Program-made: the position numbers and the translations under genes
Shown: one piece after another, positions 7,690-16,239 of the stretch
How positions within the stretch are numbered: position 1 is the first letter of the stretch
How the letters are laid out: each line of letters starts with the position of its first letter
DNA from: Thermoanaerobaculia bacterium
GTDB taxonomy: Bacteria; Acidobacteriota; Thermoanaerobaculia; UBA5066; Gp7-AA6
Assembly: GCA_038239305.1 (NCBI GenBank)
Contig: JBBSEW010000003.1
Coordinates: forward strand, 51,022 to 115,021
DNA: 64,000 bases
Reading direction: 5' to 3'
Notes under the pieces: generated by a model
What the model saw: only the letters and a program-made list of their open reading frames with translations
The model's database searches: none
What the model was told of the DNA's origin: nothing

Positions 7690-9711
7690 CTAGCGGCGCG
7701 GCCTCGGACTGTTGCCGCAAAACCTCCTCACGTCCAGGAATCGAACCGCGCGGCCGGCCGGCGTCGTGGTGTCGAATCCGGGTGCGCGGCGGTCGGCTCC
7801 GGACGGTCTCGTCAGCGCCGGCTCGACTTCCAGCCAATCGATTCTGTCGGCCGCTGCTGACCGGCAGAAGTCCTCTCCGGTCGGCGCCGCGTAGAGGTCG
7901 AGGATGGCCTGCTGGCGGCGTCCCGTGTCGAATCCCGCCGAGGCGACCAGGGAGACCGTGCCGCGCTCGTCCGCGTCGTTTCCGATGAAGAGCTTCCGAC
8001 CCGCGAGATGCAACGCGTTGGCCTCGAAGCTCGCGAAGACCGAGCGCGGCGCCGTGCGAGCACGCACGGTCTCCGTGAACTCGGTGGGATACCGCGCGTA
8101 GAGCACCGTGGCGCGGCTCGTCATGTACGGGATCAGCTCGATCACCCCCGAGACCGTCATCAGGAACACGGCGACTGCGGCGACTGTGGCGACGAGGGCT
8201 CGCACGGGCGCCGGGAGCCTGCCCCGGACGACTCGCTCCGCGAGAAAGAACGCCGCCCCGAGGTCGAGGAAGAGATTCATGGGACGCAGCCACTTGTGGT
8301 TGTCGTACACGGACAGGGGCACGATCTGGAGCGCGTTGACCAGGAGAAATGTCGGCACGAGGACGGACGCGAGGGCGTGGAAGAGCGGCCGGCGTGAGCG
8401 GAAGGCGGCGGCGAGGCCCGCCAGCCCGAGGAGAGCCTTGAGCCCCCATGCGTATCCCCAGTAACCGGCGGCCCGGGAGAGCGAGAAGGAGGGACCTCCC
8501 GGGCCGGTCGAGAAGCCCGGGTTGATCCGGAGCGCGGGACGCCCCCCGGGCAGGAACCATTCCGGCCGCGCCACGCCCCGGACCCAGAGGAGAAAACCGA
8601 TTCCCACGAGAGCCATCCCCGAGAGCACGGCGGCCGTCTTCCGCCGGTCGGGCGCGAACGCGAGAAGCCACGCGACGGCGAGCCCGAGCGTGATCGTCAC
8701 GAACAGGTGCCAGAAAACGAAGATCCCGAAGAACGCTCCGGCGGAGAAGCCCGCCGCGACAGGCCAGCGGGAGCGGGTCGAGAGGAGAAGGACCGCGGCG
8801 AGGAGAAATCCGGAAGCGAACACGAGCTGGCGCTCTTCGAGGAAATAGAAGAGGTTGAACATCGTGCCGTTGTAGGCGAACGGGTTGCCCTTTGCGAAGG
8901 ACCCGAGGTACGGGTGAGCCGAAATTACCTCGTGAAAAATTTCGGACGCGGGCCGTCCGCCCGGAGACAGAAAGAGGGAGAAGGCGTGGAGGCTGCTCGA
9001 CGTGCAGGCGAGGAGGGCGGCGAGCATGCCCGGCGCGGAGCCTCCGCCGAGCTCCTCCCCGAATCCGACGAGCAGGCCGAGTACGGCGAACAGGCTGGCC
9101 GCGGAGACCATCCGGAAGGCCGGCGCGAGGTCGAGGCCGAGCGAGACCGGAATCGCGGTCAGCAGATCGAAGAAAAAATGGTACGTCTCCGGAACGCCCG
9201 CGAACGATTCGTTCTCCGCGGGAAAGTTGTCCCCGAACGCGAAGCTCTGCACGATCGGGGCGTGGACGTTGAAATCCCAGTAGATCGGAGTTCGGAAGAT
9301 GAGCCCTGCGCCGGGCGGCTGGTCGAGATGGGGACGGTAGAACGCGACGCAGAAGATCGCGGCTCCGGCGAAGAAGGCCGCCCGCCCCGCGAAGGACTTC
9401 GTAAAGGCGATCCGACTCCGAAAATCGGCCCGGGGCGAACGAAGGCGACGCCGGCGAATGCCGCTCTCCAGAACCGCCAGCAGGGCGGCGGACATCGCCC
9501 CGAGCACCAGCAAAGCCGCCTTTCGGAGCACGGCCTCCGTGTGCGGAACGAGGAGGATCGCGACCCCGTACACCGCGAAGACGGCGATGCATTCTCCGAC
9601 GAACCACCCGGCAAACACGCGCGCGGCACGCGACGTGAAGACTCGCGCCCGGCCGAAGAGAAAGGCGGCGAGGGCTCCGGGAAGGAGGAGGAACGCGGCC
9701 GCGGCGATCAC
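7690..9711 (-). CDS. Large polytopic integral membrane protein of unknown function (possibly GT-C/DUF2298-like)
   Basis: ORF 7690..9777 with many predicted TM helices and a ~170-aa soluble C-terminal domain. The GTG at 9711 avoids overlap with the upstream gene; the GTG at 9777 is the alternative start. Confidence 0.6.
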   Translation of the reverse strand: MIAAAAFLLLPGALAAFLFGRARVFTSRAARVFAGWFVGECIAVFAVYGVAILLVPHTEAVLRKAALLVLGAMSAALLAVLESGIRRRRLRSPRADFRSRIAFTKSFAGRAAFFAGAAIFCVAFYRPHLDQPPGAGLIFRTPIYWDFNVHAPIVQSFAFGDNFPAENESFAGVPETYHFFFDLLTAIPVSLGLDLAPAFRMVSAASLFAVLGLLVGFGEELGGGSAPGMLAALLACTSSSLHAFSLFLSPGGRPASEIFHEVISAHPYLGSFAKGNPFAYNGTMFNLFYFLEERQLVFASGFLLAAVLLLSTRSRWPVAAGFSAGAFFGIFVFWHLFVTITLGLAVAWLLAFAPDRRKTAAVLSGMALVGIGFLLWVRGVARPEWFLPGGRPALRINPGFSTGPGGPSFSLSRAAGYWGYAWGLKALLGLAGLAAAFRSRRPLFHALASVLVPTFLLVNALQIVPLSVYDNHKWLRPMNLFLDLGAAFFLAERVVRGRLPAPVRALVATVAAVAVFLMTVSGVIELIPYMTSRATVLYARYPTEFTETVRARTAPRSVFASFEANALHLAGRKLFIGNDADERGTVSLVASAGFDTGRRQQAILDLYAAPTGEDFCRSAAADRIDWLEVEPALTRPSGADRRAPGFDTTTPAGRAVRFLDVRRFCGNSPRPRR

Positions 9712-9745
9712 GCGGGGCTGGGCCTGTGCCGTGGGCAGCGCGGAA

Positions 9746-10630
9746 TCAGGCGAACACGTCCTGCGCGGCCGGTACACCGTGAACGCGTCGCTTACCGTTC
9801 GTTTCGTCCACGATGCGTCCCCAGGCGACGTTCGGATCGTGCTCGAAGACGCAGAGCCATCCTTCGCGAGCCGCGTCGTCGGTCAGGCGCTTCTTGCGGG
9901 CGATCAGCTCGACGGGGTAGAGGTCGTACGCCATGATCCAGGGGATCGGAACGTGCGCCGCGGTCGGCAGCGCGTCGGCGAAGTAGAACGCCGTGTGGCC
10001 CTGCGAGTCGACTCGGATTGCCTGCATCCCTGCGTTGTGACCGGGCAGAGGAATGACACGCACGCCCGGACGGATCTCGCGCTCTCCGAAAACGGTCTCG
10101 AGCCGCCCCGCCCGGGCGTACGGCTCCCAGTCCTCGGGCCGGTAGGAGGCCTGATCGCGCGGGTTCGGCGACCTCGCATGCTCGAGCTCGGCCGCCTGGA
10201 CGTAAAGCGTCGCGTTCGGGAAGACAGGAACGGCCTCCGGACCGGGGCTGTCTGCCCGGCTCGCTCCGCCGGCGTGGTCGAAGTGCAGGTGCGACAGGAT
10301 CAGTCCGTCAACGTCCTCGGGCCGGACGCCCGTTCGGGCGAGCGAATCGACGAGGCTCGGGGAATTTTCGATCGCATACATCTCGCGCTCACGGGTTTCC
10401 CAGCGCGTTCCGAGCCCGCTTTCGACGAGGAGCGTGAAATCGTCTCCCCGGACGAGGAGGCAGTTCGTCGCGAGCGCGATCCGGTTCTTCTCGTCCGCGG
10501 GGAACGTTCGCTCCCACAGGACCTTCGGCACCACGCCGAACATCGCGCCTCCGTCGAGACGGAAGTTCGCGTCCCGGACGATCGAGAGATCGAGAGTACC
10601 GAATTGCATGGCAGCGATGGTAATACTCAT
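9746..10630 (-). CDS. MBL-fold metallo-hydrolase
   Basis: ATG at 10630 (MSITIAAMQFGTLDL...). HxHxDH motif (SHLHFDHAGG) and a downstream GHNAGM. Confidence 0.85.
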   Translation of the reverse strand: MSITIAAMQFGTLDLSIVRDANFRLDGGAMFGVVPKVLWERTFPADEKNRIALATNCLLVRGDDFTLLVESGLGTRWETREREMYAIENSPSLVDSLARTGVRPEDVDGLILSHLHFDHAGGASRADSPGPEAVPVFPNATLYVQAAELEHARSPNPRDQASYRPEDWEPYARAGRLETVFGEREIRPGVRVIPLPGHNAGMQAIRVDSQGHTAFYFADALPTAAHVPIPWIMAYDLYPVELIARKKRLTDDAAREGWLCVFEHDPNVAWGRIVDETNGKRRVHGVPAAQDVFA

Positions 10631-10633
10631 CGG

Positions 10634-11374
10634 GTGCGTCTCCGCTTCTTCGGCACGAAAGGCTACGTCGAGGCCAGGTCGCGTGCGCACTCGGGTCACT
10701 CCGCCTTCACCGTCGAGGCCGCCGGTTTCCGGCTCCTGTGCGACTTCGGAGAGAACCGGAAAGGCCGTCTCGCCCGCATCCAGCCGGACGCGATTTTCGT
10801 GTCGCACGGCCATCCCGACCACGCGTGGGGCCTCGCGGAAGGAACGGATGCTCCGGTTTTCGCGTCCGATGCGACGCATGCGCTGCTTGCCGATTTTCCC
10901 CTGGGACGGCGGGTGGTCCTGAAGCCCGAGGAATCCGTCTCCGTCGGTCCGTTCCGGATCGTTCCGTTCCCCGTCATCCATTCGACCCGCTGCCCGTGCA
11001 TCGCGGCGCGCATCGAGACGCCCGAAGGCGTTCTCGTCTATTCGGGAGACATCGTCGGATTCGAGTCGGCGCAGGCGGCGTCCCGGGCCCTCGGGGGGGC
11101 GGGTGTTTACGTGGGCGACGGCTCGACGCTCACGGAATCGCTCGTGCGGCGGCAGGCTGGCGGAGTCCTCGTGGGCCACACGACGATCCGGGCTCAGCTC
11201 GGCTGGCTGGCCCGGGCGGGAGTACCGCGCGCCGTCTTCTCGCATCTGGGCGAGGGGCCGATCGGGATGGGGGATGCCGCGCTGAGGGCTGCGGTCGACG
11301 TGATGGCGCGCGCGAGGGCGCCCGGATGCGAAGTTTCGATCGCGAAAGACGGGGGAACGATCCTGCTCTTCTGA
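10634..11374 (+). CDS. MBL-fold metallo-hydrolase
   Basis: GTG at 10634 (VRLRFFGTKGYVEARSR...). Metal-binding motif SHGHPDHAWG. The N-terminus matches the usual MxLxFLGTxG start of this family. Confidence 0.75.
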   Translation: MRLRFFGTKGYVEARSRAHSGHSAFTVEAAGFRLLCDFGENRKGRLARIQPDAIFVSHGHPDHAWGLAEGTDAPVFASDATHALLADFPLGRRVVLKPEESVSVGPFRIVPFPVIHSTRCPCIAARIETPEGVLVYSGDIVGFESAQAASRALGGAGVYVGDGSTLTESLVRRQAGGVLVGHTTIRAQLGWLARAGVPRAVFSHLGEGPIGMGDAALRAAVDVMARARAPGCEVSIAKDGGTILLF

Positions 11375-11380
11375 GGTCCG

Positions 11381-11412
11381 GAAATGAAAACGGGCCGGGA
11401 GATCCCGGCCCG
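11381..11412 (-). terminator. Rho-independent terminator for the minus-strand gene 11484..12416
   Basis: 9-bp GC stem (11391..11399 / 11404..11412) with a 4-nt loop, followed on the minus strand by TTTTCATTTC. Confidence 0.55.
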
Positions 11413-11439
11413 TGGTGGGCGCTCGATAAGAAGCGATCG

Positions 11440-11490
11440 GTCAGTGGATCGTCAGTGGATCCGAGGATCCGAGGATCCGTGGATCAGTGG
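11440..11490. repeat. Tandem array of GGATC-ending units (GTCAGTGGATC x2, CGAGGATC x2, CGTGGATC)
   Basis: Direct reading. The array overlaps the stop codon (11484..11486) of the secreted-protein gene. Confidence 0.85.
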
Positions 11491-12416
11491 CCCGATCCAC
11501 CCGATTTAGCGCCCGCGGCCGGGGCTGCTGCTGGGGCCGCGGCCGGAGCCGCGCCGTTCGTCGTTCCCGCCGTTGCCGGAGTCGCGGGCGTTCCGTTCGG
11601 AGCCGTGGTCGTCGTCCCCGTCCCGTTGGCGGGACTGGCAGAGGTCGCCGGAGCCGTCGCGGGAAAGCCGTTCGGGTTGATCGGGTTGGTTCCGCTCTGC
11701 GGACCGGTGGTGGTCGTGGCCGGGAACCCATTCGGGTTGATCGGATTGGTTCCGCTCTGCGGTGCCGTCGCCGTCGTGGTGGGGGAGCCATTGGCGCCGG
11801 CCGGGTTCGTCGCGGTCGCGGCGGTGCCCGCCGTTGAGGTCGCCCCGTTCAGAGTGGGATTGATGCTGGTCGCCGGATTCGCGTTCGAGGCGGTTCCGGT
11901 CCCTCCACCCGTAGCGGGCGCCGGCAGATCGCCGGGGAACACCTGGTTGTCGATCGCCGCCTTGCCCTGGATATTCTGCTGGGAGCTCGCGGCCGAGGGA
12001 GCCGACGACATGCCGGCAGGAGTCGGAGCGCCGGCGCCGGTCGGGCCGATGACCATGGCCTGTCCGGGCGCAAGCGGCTGCGAGCCGGCAGGAACGATGG
12101 CCGTCGATCCGGCGACGGCGGGGGCGGAGGTCGTCGCGCCGGAGCGCGCCCGCGCCATCGACGGGCTGGCGGGCGTCGAAGAAAGCGGACGGATGGCAGC
12201 GACCTCTTCCGAGGGCACACTCGTCAGAATGCCGTCGGAGCTGCGGTGAAACATGAGGACGCTTCCCCGGGTGACCGGCTGGTCCCGGGACAGAAGGACA
12301 GTATTTCCTTTCAGTTCGATCCGGTACTGGGCTTGCGCACTGTGGATCCGGTTCCGGGCGCTCGCGAAGGTCGCGATCCCGACGGCGAGAACGGCAATTA
12401 CAGCGATCTTTTTCAT
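11484..12416 (-). CDS. Secreted low-complexity protein (signal peptide, conserved module, Thr/Pro/Gly/Ala/Asn-rich repeats); paralog of 2561..3190
   Basis: ATG at 12416 preceded by GAGGTGG. MKKIAVIAVLAVGIATFASA signal peptide, then YRIELKGNTVLLSRDQPVTRGSVLMFHRSSDGILTSV. PQSGTNPINPNGFPAT occurs twice. Confidence 0.65.
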   Translation of the reverse strand: MKKIAVIAVLAVGIATFASARNRIHSAQAQYRIELKGNTVLLSRDQPVTRGSVLMFHRSSDGILTSVPSEEVAAIRPLSSTPASPSMARARSGATTSAPAVAGSTAIVPAGSQPLAPGQAMVIGPTGAGAPTPAGMSSAPSAASSQQNIQGKAAIDNQVFPGDLPAPATGGGTGTASNANPATSINPTLNGATSTAGTAATATNPAGANGSPTTTATAPQSGTNPINPNGFPATTTTGPQSGTNPINPNGFPATAPATSASPANGTGTTTTAPNGTPATPATAGTTNGAAPAAAPAAAPAAGAKSGGSGH

Positions 12417-12528
12417 AGTGACCACCTCTGCGGGGGGTCACTGCAGGATTCATTCCCGCCCGCGGACCCTTGCGAAAAAGGGGGGTGGAGCCTAGATCGC
12501 CGCCCGCCCGTACCGGGGCGCGAGGCGG

Positions 12529-14877
12529 CTATAGGCGCGAGCGGGAGTGGACCGGAAGAGGCCCCGGACCGGCGGCGATCGGGTCCCGGGTGTCGCTCGC
12601 GGGGGCGACGACGGGCTCCGAGATCGCGGCGACGGCCCGGCTCGCCTCCCGCGCCCGTCTGACGAGGGCGAGAAGGGCTCCGGCCATCATGACGTAGAAG
12701 CCGCCCCACACGAGGCCGATCAGGGGCTTGTGCGTGACGTCCACGGAGAGCGACTCGGTCGTTGCCGCCTGGAATTCGTCCTTCGGATTTTTCGAGACGC
12801 CGCGCACCCGGAGAACCACGGCTCCGTCGTTCGGGGAGACCGCGACCACCGAGAGCTTACCGCCCGGCACGTTCTGAATGTCCATCTCCGGCGACTCCGG
12901 AGCGGCGCCTTCCATGTGGTACACGAATCGGACGGTCATGTCCTGCCGGGAGCCGTCGGGCGGCGTGATCGTCAGATCCGTCAGCACGAGAATCGTGGTC
13001 TCGCCCCGCATCATCGCGGACCGGTCCGCGTTGAAGTCCCGGAACGTGAATCCGGTGCCGTCGACGTTCGTCGTGGTTCCCTTGATGAGGCGCAGCTCGC
13101 GACCGACCTGCTCGGGCTGTCCGGGATCGTAGGACTGGGGCGCGATGTAGTAGTCGAAGAGAGCCGAGTTGCGGATGGCGGGGTTGGCCATCATCTGGTT
13201 CGTTTTCGTGTTCACGTACATCTTCGGGTATGCGTACGCGATCCGGCCGTCCGGAGCCTGTACCCGGACCTCCATCGCCTGCTTCGTCCGCGCGGTGCCC
13301 GGGACGACCCGGAGAAACGTCAGGGTCGATCCCGCCACGGGAACGGGCTTGTTCACCGGCAGGGTGACCCGGGTCGATTTCGCATAGACGCCGGAAATCA
13401 CGACGCCCGCGAGAAAGATCCCTACTCCGACGTGCGCCAGGTAACCGCCGGCTCCGCCGAACTTGCCGTTGCGGGCTTTGCGGATGACCGCGCGAAGATT
13501 CATGTCCGCCGCGAAGGCGGCGAGGAAGATCAGGACGAGCGAGCGGGGCTGGTGCGCTCCGGCGAAGAATGCGACCGCCAGAAGAACGACGGCCACGGCG
13601 AAGGAACGCCGCGCGCTCCGCATCACCGCCGGGAACGGGTCTCCCTTCCAGGAGACGAACGGCACGAGCCCCGCGAGGATCAGCAGCAGAGCGGCGGCCG
13701 GCGACGTGGTCGTGTTGTAGAAATCTCCCTGGACCTGGGAAGGGTTTCCGGAAACGCGCGTCAGCAGCGGCGCCGAGGTCCCGAGGAGGATGACGAAACC
13801 GAGCGCGCAGAAGGCCGCGATTCCCAGGATAAAAAGAACGCTGCGCGAGAAAAGCGGCGGCTCTTCCTCTTCCAGGGTCGGGATCGACCGCCACCGCACC
13901 GCGAGCATTCCGATCGAGAGCGCAAGGAATCCCAGCAGGATGGCCACGAGCCAGCTCGTGATCCCGAGGTCGACGAACGAGTGCACCGAGAAGTCCGCGA
14001 GGATCCCCGAACGCGTGAGAAAGGTCCCGTACAGGATCGCGATGTACGCGACGCAGGCGAGGAGCAGGTTCACCTTGCGATGCTTCTTCTTCACGCGCTG
14101 GAGGTACATCCCGTGCACCAGCGCCGCCGTGAAGAGCCACGGGACGAGGCTCGTGTTCTCGACCGGATCCCACCCCCAGTACCCGCCCCAGCCGAGCGTC
14201 TTGTAGGCCCAGTACCCGCCCATCAGGATCGCCGTGCCGAGCGTCACGAACGTAAAAAGCGCCCAGGGGATCGCGCGGGGCACCCACCCATCCCATTTCT
14301 TCTTCCAGAGAGCCGTGATCGCGAACGCGAACGGCACGGAGAGCGATGCGAAACCGGAGAACATCACCGGCGGATGGATGACCATCCAGGGGTCCTGGAG
14401 AAGGGGATTGAGGCCGACGCCATCCTCGGGAACGGCTCCCGGGAGGATGCGGAACGGGCTCTGCTTGCAGAGGATCGCGACCAGGCCGAGGAAGCTCGCG
14501 AGGTACACGACCATGACCGGCGCCTCGAGCTCTTTCGCGCTGCGCCAGACGACGAGGCCGATCAGCGCGCCCCAGAAAATCCAGAGGAGAAACGAGCCCT
14601 CCTGGCCGCCCCAGAATGACGAGATCAAGAAGTGCAGGGGAAGCTCGCGGCTCGAATACGAGTTGACGTACGCGACGTCGAAGCGGTGCTGGATGATGAG
14701 CGTCATCAGCACCGCGGAGGCGGCGACGATGCAGGTCGCGAAGACCGTGTAGGCGGTGCGCGCGGCGGGGAGCAGGTCTTTCCGGCCGCGATCGACCCGC
14801 AGGTAGAGGGCGACGGACGTCAGCCCGGCGCCGAGCGCGGCCCATATCGCCGCCACGCCCGGCCAGAAATAGGTCAC
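12529..14877 (-). CDS. ccmF: Cytochrome c-type biogenesis heme lyase CcmF
   Basis: WWD motif WAYKTLGWGGYWGWDPVEN and many TM helices. The GTG at 14877 overlaps the ccmE stop (GTGA). Confidence 0.9.
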   Translation of the reverse strand: MTYFWPGVAAIWAALGAGLTSVALYLRVDRGRKDLLPAARTAYTVFATCIVAASAVLMTLIIQHRFDVAYVNSYSSRELPLHFLISSFWGGQEGSFLLWIFWGALIGLVVWRSAKELEAPVMVVYLASFLGLVAILCKQSPFRILPGAVPEDGVGLNPLLQDPWMVIHPPVMFSGFASLSVPFAFAITALWKKKWDGWVPRAIPWALFTFVTLGTAILMGGYWAYKTLGWGGYWGWDPVENTSLVPWLFTAALVHGMYLQRVKKKHRKVNLLLACVAYIAILYGTFLTRSGILADFSVHSFVDLGITSWLVAILLGFLALSIGMLAVRWRSIPTLEEEEPPLFSRSVLFILGIAAFCALGFVILLGTSAPLLTRVSGNPSQVQGDFYNTTTSPAAALLLILAGLVPFVSWKGDPFPAVMRSARRSFAVAVVLLAVAFFAGAHQPRSLVLIFLAAFAADMNLRAVIRKARNGKFGGAGGYLAHVGVGIFLAGVVISGVYAKSTRVTLPVNKPVPVAGSTLTFLRVVPGTARTKQAMEVRVQAPDGRIAYAYPKMYVNTKTNQMMANPAIRNSALFDYYIAPQSYDPGQPEQVGRELRLIKGTTTNVDGTGFTFRDFNADRSAMMRGETTILVLTDLTITPPDGSRQDMTVRFVYHMEGAAPESPEMDIQNVPGGKLSVVAVSPNDGAVVLRVRGVSKNPKDEFQAATTESLSVDVTHKPLIGLVWGGFYVMMAGALLALVRRAREASRAVAAISEPVVAPASDTRDPIAAGPGPLPVHSRSRL

Positions 14878-15302
14878 GACGTGCGGCCTCCGGGGCGTGG
14901 CGCGGCGGCCGGCGGGGCGGAACCGTACGTCTTCTCGATCTCCGCTCCCTGGTATTTCGAGGGGCATTTCACGAGCAGCTTCTCCGCGTCGATACGGCCG
15001 GCCGAGTAACGCCCGATGGCGACGATCGAGATCGCGTCCTTGAAGTTCGCGGGCTTGATGCCGCGGTAGGTGACCGGCATCTTCGCGCCGCCGGCGTCCA
15101 CGATCTCGAAGGAGAGCTCTCCCTTTTCGGTGTCGTAGCGGTCGCTCTGCTTGTCGAGGCTGCCCATGACCTGGATCGTTCCGCGGGCCTTCTTCGCCTC
15201 GACGAAGCTCAGGTAGGGCGTCAGGGTCTTTTCAAATGCCGTTACGCCGAGGACGACGAAAGCGGCCGCGAGGACCGCGGCGACCCAGTAGCCTTTTCTC
15301 AT
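14874..15302 (-). CDS. ccmE: Heme chaperone CcmE, Cys-type variant (CPSKY instead of HDExY)
   Basis: 142 aa with an N-terminal TM anchor and an OB-fold-like core. The motif LLVKCPSKYQG (Cys113 codon at 14966..14964) sits where the heme-binding His normally lies. Confidence 0.85.
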   Translation of the reverse strand: MRKGYWVAAVLAAAFVVLGVTAFEKTLTPYLSFVEAKKARGTIQVMGSLDKQSDRYDTEKGELSFEIVDAGGAKMPVTYRGIKPANFKDAISIVAIGRYSAGRIDAEKLLVKCPSKYQGAEIEKTYGSAPPAAAPRPGGRTS

Positions 15303-15409
15303 CGGTCGCGCTCCCTTTCGGAGATCCGGCGGTCGAGGCGCCAGAGATAGAGGAAGAGTCCTGCCCAGATCACCACGTTCACGGCCGCGAGGAAGGCGAG
15401 GCTGCTCAC
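15299..15409 (-). CDS. ccmD: Heme exporter small subunit CcmD (36 aa; absent from the ORF track)
   Basis: GTG at 15409. VSSLAFLAAVNVVIWAGLFLYLWRLDRRISERERDR has a single TM and a basic tail. Its stop overlaps the ccmE ATG (ATGA), and it sits between ccmC and ccmE. Confidence 0.7.
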   Translation of the reverse strand: MSSLAFLAAVNVVIWAGLFLYLWRLDRRISERERDR

Positions 15410-15497
15410 GCCGCCATTCTCTCAGGTTGCGTGCACAGAGCCCTCGGATGCCAACGTTTTCGTGTGGCTCCGCATTTCTTCTCTTCGGAGGCGGGTC

Positions 15498-16148
15498 TCA
15501 TGCGGATTCCAGCCGCGCGAGCCGGGAAGACCGGGCGTCGAGCGAGAGCATCCAGACGAAGATTGCGCTGAAGCCCGCGAGGCCCGCGAAGAAGACGACT
15601 TTCGTCGGCGTGTCCATGAGGATCCTGCCCTGCGGGTTGATGACCGTCTGGGGGTGCAGCGACTGGGTGACGCGCGGCGCGACGAAGACGAGGAAAGGCA
15701 TCAGGACGCCCGCGAAGAGAGCGTATGCGGCCGAGATCCGTCCGCGGCGCGTCGGATCGTCGATGGCCGAGCGCAGGAACAGGTATGCCCCGTACAGGAA
15801 GAGCAGGAGAAGAAAAGAGGACTCGCGCGGGTCCCAGTTCCAGTAGGAGCCCCACATGATCTTCGCGAAGAACGAGCCGGTCACGAGCGCCAGGACGGCG
15901 AAGACGACCCCGAGGCGCACGGCGGCCGCGGCGACGTCGTCGTGCCAGGGATTTCCGCGGGCCAGGTAAGCGCCCGAGTACCCCGCCGCCACGAGGAAGG
16001 CGAGGGTCGCGGTCCACGCGCACGGCACGTGGAAGAAGACGATGCGGGAGGACTCGCCCAGAAACCCCTCCGCGGGCGCCGGCCAGAGGAACGCGGACGC
16101 GACCATCGCCGCCATGCCGGGGAGAAGAAGGAGCTTCAGGAATTTCAC
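15498..16148 (-). CDS. ccmC: Heme exporter protein CcmC
   Basis: 216 aa. Trp-rich motif WGSYWNWDPRE and conserved His residues in flanking loops. Confidence 0.9.
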   Translation of the reverse strand: MKFLKLLLLPGMAAMVASAFLWPAPAEGFLGESSRIVFFHVPCAWTATLAFLVAAGYSGAYLARGNPWHDDVAAAAVRLGVVFAVLALVTGSFFAKIMWGSYWNWDPRESSFLLLLFLYGAYLFLRSAIDDPTRRGRISAAYALFAGVLMPFLVFVAPRVTQSLHPQTVINPQGRILMDTPTKVVFFAGLAGFSAIFVWMLSLDARSSRLARLESA

Positions 16149-16239
16149 GTCTTCGAAAGCTTACAGGACCGGCCGCGGGCGGGAGGAGAATTCTCGGGAA
16201 AAGGCCGCCCGATCGGCCCTTCATCGTCCCGCGCCGGAG

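Noticed and set aside
9458-10633. N-terminal 390 residues of the 638-aa plus-strand ORF 9458..11374.
   Set aside because: This part is antisense to the well-supported minus-strand MBL hydrolase and membrane-protein genes and is compositionally aberrant. The recognisable MBL protein begins at the GTG at 10634.
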